DNA from: a virus
Lineage: Duplodnaviria > Caudoviricetes
IMG/VR virus record: IMGVR_UViG_3300042784_000014
Location: 1-42,312 of that record
Strand: one strand, 5' to 3'
Length of the DNA stretch: 42,312 nt
Shown here: positions 16,812-26,351 of the stretch, piece after piece
Position numbering within the stretch: the stretch's first letter is position 1
How the letters are laid out: the number at the start of each line of letters is the position of its first letter
Notes under the pieces: model-generated
The model's database searches: none
What the model saw: the letters and a program-made list of their open reading frames with translations, nothing else
Told to the model about the DNA's origin: nothing
Position numbers and translations under genes: made by a program

Positions 16812-17275
16812 TGGAGCCAGAAATTAAAGAAAGGATAGAAGAACAGCTTAAGAATTATCCTTTTTTAAAATCTAAAATAAAAATTACAACAAATAAAATA
16901 GCACATCAAGAAGATTATGCAGCTCAAGCTATTGATTATTCTAAAATACCAGGGGGAAAGACTAACAGCGTCTATTCTGATGTTGAAGAGTTTGTACAAA
17001 ATAAATTAGATAAACATCCAGAATTAATTGAATTGATCATGAGAAAAGAAAGAATAGATGCTGCTCTTGAGTGTTTAACATACAAAGAAAAGCGATTAGT
17101 AAGATATAAATACTTTGAGGATATGACTGATAATGAAGTCAGTGATAAAATGAGGGAACTAGAGTTGCAGACATTTAGTATCAGAAATGATTCGACTATT
17201 AGAGATTATTCAAGCACTACAATTCAGCGTATGAAGAAAAAAGTGCTGGAAAAGCTACAAAAAGTAGGGTTATGA
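16811..17275 (+). CDS. Late transcriptional activator (ArpU/RinA-like, sigma-70 region 4-like HTH)
   Basis: L..Y...I..AL..L...E..LV..KYF...HTH; last early gene before the packaging module. Confidence 0.8.
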   Translation: MEPEIKERIEEQLKNYPFLKSKIKITTNKIAHQEDYAAQAIDYSKIPGGKTNSVYSDVEEFVQNKLDKHPELIELIMRKERIDAALECLTYKEKRLVRYKYFEDMTDNEVSDKMRELELQTFSIRNDSTIRDYSSTTIQRMKKKVLEKLQKVGL

Positions 17276-17281
17276 GAAAAA

Positions 17282-17347
17282 TGAGCAACAATCGGGCAAT
17301 AAACGGGCAACTTTCGGGCAACATTTCATTAGATTATGTGATATTCT
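17282..17347 (+). promoter_or_regulatory. Late promoter: four 11-bp-phased direct repeats plus extended -10
   Basis: TGAGCAA 17282, CGGGCAA 17293/17304/17315, then TGaTATTCT 17339-17347 with no good -35. Confidence 0.7.
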
Positions 17348-17401
17348 ATTATTGTGGAAATAAATATAAACTTTGTTTTGTTTATTTTCCTCCTTTATTG
17401 G

Positions 17402-17430
17402 AGCCCTGGCCTTGCACCTCCAGGGCTTTT
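17402..17430 (+). terminator. GC-rich hairpin, terminator-like, in the late leader
   Basis: AGCCCTGG-N10-CCAGGGCT followed by TTT. Confidence 0.5.
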
Positions 17431-17516
17431 ATTATTTTGAGGGGAGAGGGAGATTATAGAGGGTGTGGGGTGTGCTGCTAAGGTATTTATTTTCATGAAA
17501 GATATAGGAGGATAAC

Positions 17517-17819
17517 ATGTTTGTAAAATGTGACTCATGTAATAAAAAATTTGAATTTAAGAATCCTAAAAAAAGAAAACTAACTGATCAGATTTCAGAA
17601 GTATACTTTGAATGTCCTAATTGTGGGGAAAAGTTTCACTCTTATTATGAGAATGAGAAAGTTAGAAAGCTAATTGGAAAAAATAAGGAATTACAAAATA
17701 AGTTAAAAGCAGATATTACCCAGGCTAAATATGAAAGTTTGATGAAAAAAGTAAAATACAATAAGAGAAAAATAGGGAAAGAGCAGAAGAGAATAAAGAA
17801 TAATTTAAAAGGTGATTAG
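17517..17819 (+). CDS. Zinc-ribbon plus coiled-coil protein
   Basis: CDSC...CPNC; AGGAGG RBS. Confidence 0.75.
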   Translation: MFVKCDSCNKKFEFKNPKKRKLTDQISEVYFECPNCGEKFHSYYENEKVRKLIGKNKELQNKLKADITQAKYESLMKKVKYNKRKIGKEQKRIKNNLKGD

Positions 17820-18002
17820 ATGAAAATCATCAGAGGAGATAAGAATTGCAGCAGATGTGAAAATGATTATTTTTCAGATGGAGCAACTGAAATAATGAAA
17901 AACAATAATTTATGTATTGAATGTGTTATGGAATATCACCGCTATATGTTTGGTGCAATGTACAATAATCAAGAATTTTTAAGTATTGAAGATTGGAAGT
18001 AA
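17820..18002 (+). CDS. Small zinc-finger protein
   Basis: CSRC...CIEC. Confidence 0.6.
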   Translation: MKIIRGDKNCSRCENDYFSDGATEIMKNNNLCIECVMEYHRYMFGAMYNNQEFLSIEDWK

Positions 18003-18014
18003 TTTTAAAAGGGG

Positions 18015-18584
18015 GTGTTGTCAGTGAAAAAATTAAGATGTATCGGATTGAAAAATGATGGTAGTAGATGTACCAGAAAAAAAGAATTTGAAAATGATGA
18101 AGCTCCAAGAGAATGGAGGTGCTGGCAGCATCCTGAAGAAAAAAATAATAACTTAAGTTTAACTGAAAAACAGAAAGCTTTTGCTGATGAATATATTATT
18201 TCTATGAATGCAACTGATGCAGCTATTAAAGCTGGTTACAGTAAAAATAGCGCTTATGCTATCGGAAATCAAAACTTGAATAAACTTGAGATTAAAAATT
18301 ATATAGAAAAGAGACTCAAAGAAAAAGAAGCGGCCAGAATTGCAACCCAAGATGAAGTTTTAGAATACTTAACAGAAGTAATGCGAGGGGAAATTGAAGA
18401 AGAAACAGTTGTTACTGAAAATACTGGGGATTATCAAAGTCAGGCCAGAGTTGTGAAAAAGAAAGTTGGCCCTAAAGATAGGAATAAAGCAGCTGAATTA
18501 CTTGGTAAAAGATATTCTCTCTTCAAGGACAATATAGATATTGAACTTAATGGTGGAGTTCAAATAATAGATGATATAGAGTGA
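18015..18584 (+). CDS. terS: Terminase small subunit with N-terminal Cys/His extension
   Basis: LTEKQKAFADEY..NAT.AAIKAGYS..EVLEYLT.VMRGE..KAAELLGK. Start may be GTG 18024. Confidence 0.93.
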   Translation: MLSVKKLRCIGLKNDGSRCTRKKEFENDEAPREWRCWQHPEEKNNNLSLTEKQKAFADEYIISMNATDAAIKAGYSKNSAYAIGNQNLNKLEIKNYIEKRLKEKEAARIATQDEVLEYLTEVMRGEIEEETVVTENTGDYQSQARVVKKKVGPKDRNKAAELLGKRYSLFKDNIDIELNGGVQIIDDIE

Positions 18585-18588
18585 TTTT

Positions 18589-19863
18589 ATGAAGAATAGA
18601 GTAAGATTAAGCGATCATGTTATACCGAAATTCAGAGATTTTTGGAAAGCTACTAAAAAGGATAAATATTTATATTATGTTCTTAAAGGTGGTCGCTCTT
18701 CAGCAAAATCATCACATATAGCTATTAATAGACTTATGGCTACAATTAAAAATCCAGTAAATGGGTTAGCTGTTAGGAAGCATGCAAAATATATAAGAGA
18801 ATCAATTTTTACAGAATTCAAATGGGCAGCAAGATTGTTAGATGTTGATCAATATTTTAAATTTCAGGTTAGTCCTATGCAGGTAATATATTTGCCTCGA
18901 GGTAATAAAATATTATTTGCAGGTGCTGATGATCCAACTAGAATTAAATCACTTGCTACTGAAGAATATCCATATACATGGCTCTGGATTGAAGAATTGG
19001 CTGAATTTAAAACAGAAGATGAGGTAGGAACCATAGAGGACTCTATAGTCAGAGAAGAGACAGGCTTTGATTATAAAGTCTTTTATTCTTATAATCCACC
19101 AAAAAGAAAAACTAACTGGTGCAATAAGAGATTTAACAGTGTGACTTTGCCTGATTTATATTACGTTCATCATTCAGATTATAGAGATAATCCTTATATA
19201 GCAAGACAAACTCTGCAAAAGATTGATATTTTAAAAGAAGAAAATGAACGAAAGTATAGACATACATGGTTGGGAGAACCTATAGGGTCTGGAGTTGTGC
19301 CTTTTAATAATTTGAAGTTTAGGAAAATAACTGATAAAGAAATAAATAGATTTGATAATATTCGACCTGGGATTGACTGGGGCTATGGAGCTGATCCATT
19401 TTCTTATGTTAGGTGGCATTATGATTCAACCAGAAGAATATTATACGCAATAGATGAGATATACCAGGTTAAATTAAGCAATAGAGAAGCGGCAAAAAGA
19501 ATTAAGAATAAGGGTTATGAAAATGATTTGATTATAGCCGATAGTGCTGAGCCTAAATCTATAGACGAACTTAAAGATTATGGGATAAAAATAATAGGAG
19601 CTAAAAAAGGACCTGGATCAGTTGAGTATGGAGAAAAATGGCTAGATGATTTAAATGCTATTGTTATTGATCCAAAAAGAACGCCCAATATTGCTAGAGA
19701 GTTTGAAAATATAGATTATCAAACAGATAGAGACGGCAATATAAAAAATAAACTTATTGACAAAGATAACCATACTATCGATGGTACTCGTTATGCATGC
19801 GAAAAAGATATGGAGATAAAACCAGATTTATCACCAAGAAAAAACAAGCCTGCAGGATATTAG
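18589..19863 (+). CDS. terL: Terminase large subunit, PBSX/SPP1 type
   Basis: GGRSSAKS Walker A, WIEE Walker B, YNPP, DWG, DSAEP, NHTIDGTRY. Confidence 0.95.
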   Translation: MKNRVRLSDHVIPKFRDFWKATKKDKYLYYVLKGGRSSAKSSHIAINRLMATIKNPVNGLAVRKHAKYIRESIFTEFKWAARLLDVDQYFKFQVSPMQVIYLPRGNKILFAGADDPTRIKSLATEEYPYTWLWIEELAEFKTEDEVGTIEDSIVREETGFDYKVFYSYNPPKRKTNWCNKRFNSVTLPDLYYVHHSDYRDNPYIARQTLQKIDILKEENERKYRHTWLGEPIGSGVVPFNNLKFRKITDKEINRFDNIRPGIDWGYGADPFSYVRWHYDSTRRILYAIDEIYQVKLSNREAAKRIKNKGYENDLIIADSAEPKSIDELKDYGIKIIGAKKGPGSVEYGEKWLDDLNAIVIDPKRTPNIAREFENIDYQTDRDGNIKNKLIDKDNHTIDGTRYACEKDMEIKPDLSPRKNKPAGY

Positions 19864-19877
19864 GAGTTGATGAAGTT

Positions 19878-21281
19878 ATGAGTTATTTAAGTAAAGGTGA
19901 TAGTTGGCCACCTACTGATGATGATCGCAAAAGAATAGAAAAATATAAAGAAAATAAAAAATTATTCAGAGGCAGACATGATGAAATATTTAAAGATGTG
20001 CAGCGGAGATTAGAAAGTTCTGATCAGAAAGCTATGACCTATCTTGTTGCCAACTATTGTGGCCTGCTTTCTAAGCTCTCAGCAGATATGCTTTTTGGTG
20101 AACAACCTAAATTTAAAGTTAAAGATGAAAAAACAGATTCTAAGCTGCAGGAGCTAATTACTCAAAATAAATTATACACAGGTCTTTATGAGTCAGCTTT
20201 AGGTAATTCTTACCGAGGCGACTCCTGCTATAAAGTTAGATATGCAAGAAAAAATAAGTTTTCTGATGAACGCAGCATAATCATTGAATCTCAAAATCCT
20301 AATTATTTCTTTGTTGAGCAGGCAGACGATAATATTAGACAAATCAATAGACAGATCATTGGTTGGGATTTTATGAAGGATATGAATGGCGATGATATAG
20401 AAGACACCAGGTTTTTAAAGCTGGAAGTCCATGAGCCAGGCAAAATTTTTAACTTTTTATATAAAATTAGTGGGTATACAGTTCAGGAAGAGGTCTCACT
20501 TGATACTTTATACCCTGAGCTTGATAAAATGCAGCAAACAGGAGTAGATGACTTTATAATAACTCATATACCCAACTGGCGTGATGATGAAGTTTTCTGG
20601 GGTTATAGTGACTATTTAGATATTAAGAGCCTGCAGGATGAAGCTAATAATAGAATAAGTCAGATTTCTAGAGTTCTAGATAAGCATGCAGATCCAAAAA
20701 TGAAAGGGCCAGCAGAAGCTTTAGATGAAGATGGTCGGGTTGATGTATCTGGCAGCAAGTATTTCCCTTATGAAAAAGACGGAGCTGAACCAGGCTATAT
20801 AACTTGGGAAGCGAAACTTGAGATGGCATTTAAACAGATAGATTATATTCTTAAAATGATGTTTTTAGTTACTGAAACTTCACCTGATGCTTTTGGTTTA
20901 AGTGAGAGTAATGTTGCTGACTCTGGTAGAGCCTTAAAATATAGATTGATGAGATTGCTTTCTAAGATTGCAAGGAAGAAACGATATTATGATGATGGTA
21001 TTAAGGATATTTTATATAAAGCACAATTGATGGATATCTATCATAATAAGAAGAAATATGAAGCAGAAAGGCCATCAGCTACCTGGAGAGATGGCATACC
21101 TGATGATTCTAAAGAAGAAGCAGAAGAGACTGAAATACTTGATAGAGCAAAAGCAATTAGCATTAATGAAAAGGTTAGAAAAAACAATCCTGACTGGTCT
21201 GAAGATAGAATTAAAAAAGAAATAGCTCGGATTGAGTCAGAAATAGAAGAACAGCAGTCAACTTCACCATACACTATTTAA
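19878..21281 (+). CDS. Portal protein (SPP1 Gp6-like)
   Basis: Position, size, G.SD, SG.AL motifs; ATG 19878 (ORF track 19797). Confidence 0.9.
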   Translation: MSYLSKGDSWPPTDDDRKRIEKYKENKKLFRGRHDEIFKDVQRRLESSDQKAMTYLVANYCGLLSKLSADMLFGEQPKFKVKDEKTDSKLQELITQNKLYTGLYESALGNSYRGDSCYKVRYARKNKFSDERSIIIESQNPNYFFVEQADDNIRQINRQIIGWDFMKDMNGDDIEDTRFLKLEVHEPGKIFNFLYKISGYTVQEEVSLDTLYPELDKMQQTGVDDFIITHIPNWRDDEVFWGYSDYLDIKSLQDEANNRISQISRVLDKHADPKMKGPAEALDEDGRVDVSGSKYFPYEKDGAEPGYITWEAKLEMAFKQIDYILKMMFLVTETSPDAFGLSESNVADSGRALKYRLMRLLSKIARKKRYYDDGIKDILYKAQLMDIYHNKKKYEAERPSATWRDGIPDDSKEEAEETEILDRAKAISINEKVRKNNPDWSEDRIKKEIARIESEIEEQQSTSPYTI

Positions 21282-21294
21282 GGTTGTGAGATAA

Positions 21295-22809
21295 ATGGCA
21301 GATATGTATGATGAGTTATCTAATATTATTAATGGAATAGAAACTAATCCGGCCAAAGAAGAAATACTACAGATACTTGATAAATATAAGAAAATTACTG
21401 ATTCTATTGACAGAGAGGCTTTAAAGTTAAAGCAGATGGGTAATAAAAAAGATATGCTGGCCCAGTTGAACAGGTTGAGAAAAAGGGCTGCTCAAGATTT
21501 AACTGAACTGGCTAAAAGTGCTGAAAACTTTGCCCGTATTGCTGCACCTAAAAGCAATTTATCTGGTAGAGAGTTAGCAAATAACTTTATTAAAAAACAA
21601 AGTAAGTATGTTGACGATAAGGGTGAAGTCATACAAATCTTTGATCTAATTCCTAAAGACAGAGAAAAGATAAAAGAAATCACAGAAAAAGTTACTGCTG
21701 AAATGCTTAGAGATGTCAGGATGATTAATGACTCCTGGCGCAAAAGATTTGATGGTGTTGTTAGGAGTGGCATTAATGATGTCAGAGGCATTAATCTTAT
21801 CAAAAGGCCAGGTATTAGAGGTGGTACAACTACAGGGAAAGAAATAGGCAGCAGATTGTATCAGGAAATCAGAAACAGTGGCTTAAAATTAATTGATAGT
21901 ATTGGCCGCAAGTGGGAGCCGGACAGATATATAAGAATGTTTGCCCGTACGAGGACTAGAGAGCTGCAGACTCAGGGTATTGAAAATAGAATGAATGATT
22001 ATGGCTTTGATTTAGTGCAAATAAGTGAGCATGTAGATATTGATGGTATGGATATTTGTAATATATACGAATCAAATGTTTATTCTTTATCAGGTGATCA
22101 TCCTGATTATCCAAAACTTGATGCAAGGCCACCATTTCATCCTAATTGCGCCCATGTGATGACTCCCTGGATTGAAAAATATCAGAAGAAAGTAAAAGAG
22201 AATATAAGTCCTGATAATAATGGAGCATCCGGATATAGCAAAGAATATAAAAAGTTACATCCAGAACTTAATGATGATGTAATCGAAAAACTAGAAAAAA
22301 CACATCTTAAGGTTTTAGAAAGAGGAAAAGAAACAGGAACTGAGCACCTTTCTTTAATTAATAAATCTGATGGTTTGCCAGCCTTTAAAGATTTATCAGG
22401 AGGTAAGAGTTCAGTTGAGTTTACTCCAGAACTGGTAGATAAATTGAAAAACTCATCTAAAAATAGTATAATTATGGTACATAATCATCCGGGAAGTTCT
22501 TCATTTTCTTCAGATGATTTAAAAGTGCTAAATAACTTTGACTCAATTTACAGTATGACAATAGAAGGTCATAATGGTAGAAAATATTCTTGTATGATGA
22601 GTGATGGCAAAAAAGTTAATTCTGATAGTAAGGTTAATCGCTTATACAGCCAGCATAAATATAGACATCATGAAAAATTTAGAGATAAAGTATTAAATGG
22701 TGAATTATCGAGTCAAGAGGCCTGGCAAGAGCATAGTCATGAGCTTATGACTAGTTTAGCAGATGAGTTGGGATGGGTTTATAGAAGAATTCTTCCTGAG
22801 GGGGAATAA
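21295..22809 (+). CDS. Minor head (MuF-like) protein with C-terminal JAB/MPN-like domain
   Basis: D..GR.W...Y..M..RT, C..YE..VYS..G, PPFHPNC.H minor-capsid motifs, then E..HNHPGSSSFSSDD. Confidence 0.85.
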   Translation: MADMYDELSNIINGIETNPAKEEILQILDKYKKITDSIDREALKLKQMGNKKDMLAQLNRLRKRAAQDLTELAKSAENFARIAAPKSNLSGRELANNFIKKQSKYVDDKGEVIQIFDLIPKDREKIKEITEKVTAEMLRDVRMINDSWRKRFDGVVRSGINDVRGINLIKRPGIRGGTTTGKEIGSRLYQEIRNSGLKLIDSIGRKWEPDRYIRMFARTRTRELQTQGIENRMNDYGFDLVQISEHVDIDGMDICNIYESNVYSLSGDHPDYPKLDARPPFHPNCAHVMTPWIEKYQKKVKENISPDNNGASGYSKEYKKLHPELNDDVIEKLEKTHLKVLERGKETGTEHLSLINKSDGLPAFKDLSGGKSSVEFTPELVDKLKNSSKNSIIMVHNHPGSSSFSSDDLKVLNNFDSIYSMTIEGHNGRKYSCMMSDGKKVNSDSKVNRLYSQHKYRHHEKFRDKVLNGELSSQEAWQEHSHELMTSLADELGWVYRRILPEGE

Positions 22810-22812
22810 TAT

Positions 22813-22962
22813 ATGTCTGATGATAATAATAAAAAACCAATCGGATTAGATTTAGTTGATGATAAACCAGATTATAATAAATCTGAAGAAGAGAATAAAA
22901 AAGACTATATTGAGAGATATAAAAAAGTGTATGGAGAAGCACCGCCGGGAGTTGAAGAATAA
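22813..22962 (+). CDS. Small acidic protein, 49 aa (not in ORF track)
   Basis: GAGGGGG RBS; MSDDNNKKPIGLDLVDDKPDYNKSEEENKKDYIERYKKVYGEAPPGVEE*. Confidence 0.65.
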   Translation: MSDDNNKKPIGLDLVDDKPDYNKSEEENKKDYIERYKKVYGEAPPGVEE

Positions 22963-23087
22963 TGTCCATCTGGGATACACCTTATCAGGACCTGCCGTGG
23001 TATCATAGAATTTATGTGCAGCCGATTGTTATGGCTTTAGAAGGAATTAACTGGCTGCTAAGAAAGTTTACAACTAAACTAAAATAA
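22962..23087 (+). CDS. Small amphipathic peptide, 41 aa (not in ORF track)
   Basis: TAATG coupling, GGGAG RBS; MSIWDTPYQDLPWYHRIYVQPIVMALEGINWLLRKFTTKLK*. Confidence 0.5.
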   Translation: MSIWDTPYQDLPWYHRIYVQPIVMALEGINWLLRKFTTKLK

Positions 23088-23091
23088 TTAA

Positions 23092-23168
23092 ACACCTGAG
23101 AGGGTGTCTTTTTTTTATGCCTAAATTTAATATTTTTACTGCACTCCATTGCTGGGGTGCTTTTTTTA
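23092..23168 (+). terminator. Two tandem intrinsic terminators
   Basis: ACACC-tgagag-GGTGT+cT8 and GCACTCC-attgct-GGGGTGC+T8. Confidence 0.75.
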
Positions 23169-23272
23169 TGTCCAGACTGGGGAAGACATTAAAAGCTCCT
23201 GGTATATAGCTGACGAGCTTAAACGGAGGTCGACAGACCTAAAATAGGAATTATAGAAGGAGCTGTTTAAAA

Positions 23273-23932
23273 ATGGATGAACTAATTAAATTTTTAGAAG
23301 AGAATGATGTTGAGATTACAGATGATCTCAAAAAGGAAATAAAAAACATCTGGAATAGTAATCTGCCTGATGAAGATGATCTATTTACCCAGGATGACGT
23401 TGATGAAATTGTTAAAAAGAGGTTGGCCCGGGAAGAAAAACTGCACGAAAGAGAGATTAAAGGTCTGGAAGAAAAAATGGAAGATATGATCCCACCTGAA
23501 AAAGTCGAAGAATATAAAAAAGCTAAGAAAGAAGCTGAAGAGGAGCTCGAAAAATATAAGACATCTCAAAAAATAGATTATGAACTTCAGCTGTCGGCTA
23601 AAGATGCAGGTGTTAAGGATCAAGAATACTTTGAGTTTCTGGTAGAGAAGAAAGGACTTAAAGATAGATTAATAACTGACGATGACGGTAAAGTAGTTGC
23701 TACTGATAAAGAGGGTAATATTTTAACTGAAGATGGGGAAAAACTTGGACCATCTGCTTTAATTAATGAAATGAAAGAAGAAAAGCCAGATATCTTTGGT
23801 GAAGAGAAAGAAGATGGCAAAGACATCGGAGGCGGTGGCAATCCCGGTGGGAGTGGCCCAAAAGATAAGAAAAAGAATACTGAAAGTTTGGCCATGGAAT
23901 TAGGATACAAATCTAAGAAGGAGAGTGAATAA
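23273..23932 (+). CDS. Capsid scaffolding protein
   Basis: FTQDDVD.IV..RL.R motif, charged coiled coil, Gly-rich C-terminal linker. Confidence 0.85.
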   Translation: MDELIKFLEENDVEITDDLKKEIKNIWNSNLPDEDDLFTQDDVDEIVKKRLAREEKLHEREIKGLEEKMEDMIPPEKVEEYKKAKKEAEEELEKYKTSQKIDYELQLSAKDAGVKDQEYFEFLVEKKGLKDRLITDDDGKVVATDKEGNILTEDGEKLGPSALINEMKEEKPDIFGEEKEDGKDIGGGGNPGGSGPKDKKKNTESLAMELGYKSKKESE

Positions 23933-23934
23933 TA

Positions 23935-24504
23935 ATGGCTTTAAAACCTAGTATCAGTGAAGAATATGAATTTGTAACAATTTTGAGGTCTAGACATGCA
24001 CGCTATATTGATGGAGTAAGAGTTATTAGTAAAGAAGCTGTTAATGGTGATTATGTGCCACCAGGAGCTGCAATGGGTAAACTTAATAACTCAGGCAAAT
24101 ATGCACCTGTTACGAGAGATAAAGTGGCAGCTGGTGGAGCTAATGCAACTGAAAATACAATTCCTTTAAAAAAACTAAATGATGAGGACTGGCATAACTG
24201 GCAGATTGGTGATGAGATTATCTGTGATCCTGGTGGCAGTAATGAAGAAACAGCTGTTATAACAGCAATTGATGCAGCAGCTGGTCAATTAACTGCAGAT
24301 AGTATTTTAACTGGTCATGCTGAGGATGTTGTAATTCAAAAAAATGATGGATCTGCTAAATCAGAATTTATTTGTACTGAATTAGTAGATGTGTCTGAAG
24401 AAGATGCCTTGGTTGGGGGTATTGTACATGGAGCCGTCTATGGTTCGAGAATGCCCAATTATGATGAACAGGTTGCTGCTGATTTAATAATGATCTCGTT
24501 TTAA
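23935..24504 (+). CDS. Head decoration protein
   Basis: Between scaffold and major capsid; PG..MG....GKY.P pattern. Confidence 0.65.
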   Translation: MALKPSISEEYEFVTILRSRHARYIDGVRVISKEAVNGDYVPPGAAMGKLNNSGKYAPVTRDKVAAGGANATENTIPLKKLNDEDWHNWQIGDEIICDPGGSNEETAVITAIDAAAGQLTADSILTGHAEDVVIQKNDGSAKSEFICTELVDVSEEDALVGGIVHGAVYGSRMPNYDEQVAADLIMISF

Positions 24505-24541
24505 TAGGATTTTAAAATAAAAAGATAGGGAGTGAGATTTA

Positions 24542-25591
24542 ATGCCTAGAGAAAAATTAATTGAAACAATTGAAAATGAATTTGGGATAGATTATTTAGG
24601 ATTTTTGCAGGAAATTGATGAGCCAGATAAGTATATTGGTTCTTCTTATTTGCCTGTTCAAAATGAGTTTGATTATGACTGGGTTTATCATATTTTTGAT
24701 AACACTACAGCTATGGCAAAGTTGATGTCCAGAGGAGATGCAGAGGCGCCTATAGTTGGTGGACCAGCTATTAAAAAGGTTGCAGGTTCTGTAGCTCCAT
24801 TTGGCCAAAAGTTTGAGGTTAATAAGTCTATTTTAAATAAGATTTTTAATCCTCGTAATGACAATGAGTTAAAAAGAAACTTGCGCCAGGTTTTAGATGA
24901 ATCTGCTCGTAATGTACGTTCTGCTCAGGCAAGATGTGAATGGTTTAGATGGCAGGTTATGGGTAAAGGCGGCATTACTTTTAATGATAAAAAAGAGAAC
25001 GAGCGTCTTGCTGTTGATTTTGGAGTGCCTGATCGCCATAAAATTGATAGTTCTGCTCTAGAAGGAGATCCATGGAATGGAGCATCCCCTGAGCCACTAA
25101 GTGATTTAATAGCGGCATGTGAGACTTATCATGATACAAATAAAGAAATGCCATCTAATATTGTAATGAGGAGATCTGAACTAAGAAAGTTAACTGGATC
25201 TGCTGAAGTAGCAAGTGAATTTTCGGATAATGCTACTCGTATTTCTTTAAGTGTAGTTAATGATTATCTTGTCAGTTTAGATTATCCAGAAATTATTACT
25301 TATGATGAGTATGCAAAACTTGAAGATGAAAAAGGAAGACCCACTGTTACTGAATATTTTGTACCGAAAGGACGAGTTATTTTAGTTAAAGAATCAACCA
25401 ATCAGGCTATAAAAGATATTGGTCGCTTAGTCATGGGTCCTGTAGCAGAAAATGATTTCCAGCCAGGTATCTTTACTACTATATATGAGGAAAATGACCC
25501 TAAAAAGTACTGGCACTTTATGAAGACTGAAATGTGGCCAGCAGTATATAATCCTGAATATATTTTCTATATGGATGTATTATCTGAATAA
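24542..25591 (+). CDS. Major capsid protein (lambda gpE-like family)
   Basis: 349 aa; R.EW...Q....G.I....VDFG.P..H....W.....PL.DL motif; position. Confidence 0.88.
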   Translation: MPREKLIETIENEFGIDYLGFLQEIDEPDKYIGSSYLPVQNEFDYDWVYHIFDNTTAMAKLMSRGDAEAPIVGGPAIKKVAGSVAPFGQKFEVNKSILNKIFNPRNDNELKRNLRQVLDESARNVRSAQARCEWFRWQVMGKGGITFNDKKENERLAVDFGVPDRHKIDSSALEGDPWNGASPEPLSDLIAACETYHDTNKEMPSNIVMRRSELRKLTGSAEVASEFSDNATRISLSVVNDYLVSLDYPEIITYDEYAKLEDEKGRPTVTEYFVPKGRVILVKESTNQAIKDIGRLVMGPVAENDFQPGIFTTIYEENDPKKYWHFMKTEMWPAVYNPEYIFYMDVLSE

Positions 25592-25598
25592 ATAATGT

Positions 25599-25622
25599 GA
25601 GCACCTTAATTGGTGCTCTTTC
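25599..25622 (+). terminator. Hairpin after the major capsid gene
   Basis: GAGCACC-ttaatt-GGTGCTC then TTTT. Confidence 0.65.
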
Positions 25623-25644
25623 TTATTTTAAGGTGGTGAAAATT

Positions 25645-25980
25645 ATGTTAAAAGTGAAAGCTAATTGGAAGGTTGGTTATCCAGCTGGCCCGGGAAGAAA
25701 GATTTATTTAGAAGGTGATGTGTTTACCTGTGATGATAATTGGGGCCACAAGAAAGCAGAACAGGGTAGGGTTAATATTCTGAAAGAAGTTGAAGAGAAA
25801 AAGAAAGAACCAGTTATCAAAATGACTGAGCTAACTGTTGATGAAGCAGATGAAGTTATTGATAATTGCAAAGATATTAAACAGTTAGAAGACTGGCTTC
25901 AGGAAGAAAAGAAAAATAAGGACAGAAAGACTACTATTGAGTATTTAACTGATCGTTTAGAAGAACTGAGAAGAGAGTGA
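25645..25980 (+). CDS. Head-associated hypothetical protein
   Basis: ATG 25645 with AAGGTGG RBS; C-terminal E.....RKT....L motif. Confidence 0.65.
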   Translation: MLKVKANWKVGYPAGPGRKIYLEGDVFTCDDNWGHKKAEQGRVNILKEVEEKKKEPVIKMTELTVDEADEVIDNCKDIKQLEDWLQEEKKNKDRKTTIEYLTDRLEELRRE

Positions 25981-26351
25981 TAAAAATGCCTACAATAGCT
26001 GGAGCAGATGCTTATTTTTCAAGAAGACTATGGACTTCCGAATGGGATGACTCAAATGCTGAAAAGAAGAAGGCAGCTTTAGCTCACGCTCAAAGAGAGG
26101 TTGACAGCTTAAGTTTTAGCTCTAGAATGTCACGAGAGGACTATAGTCGTGCCGTATTTGAGCAGGCAATATTCTTACTTAATCTAGGTCCTGAAGATAG
26201 AAAAAGGCTTAATCTGCAGGCTCAGGGTGTTCAGAGTATTAATATTTCTCAATCCGTTAGTGAGGCTTATATATTAAATGGTATTGCTTATGCTCCAACA
26301 GTACAGCAGCTGGTAAAGAAATATAAATACCAGGTTGGTAATCTTATATGA
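25977..26351 (+). CDS. Head-tail adaptor
   Basis: ADAYF..R....W.....K..AL..A...D pattern; position. Confidence 0.7.
   Translation: MIKMPTIAGADAYFSRRLWTSEWDDSNAEKKKAALAHAQREVDSLSFSSRMSREDYSRAVFEQAIFLLNLGPEDRKRLNLQAQGVQSINISQSVSEAYILNGIAYAPTVQQLVKKYKYQVGNLI

Noticed and set aside
17272-17481. 69-aa ORF after the late activator
   Set aside because: Overlaps the promoter repeats and leader hairpin, with atypical composition; likely non-coding.
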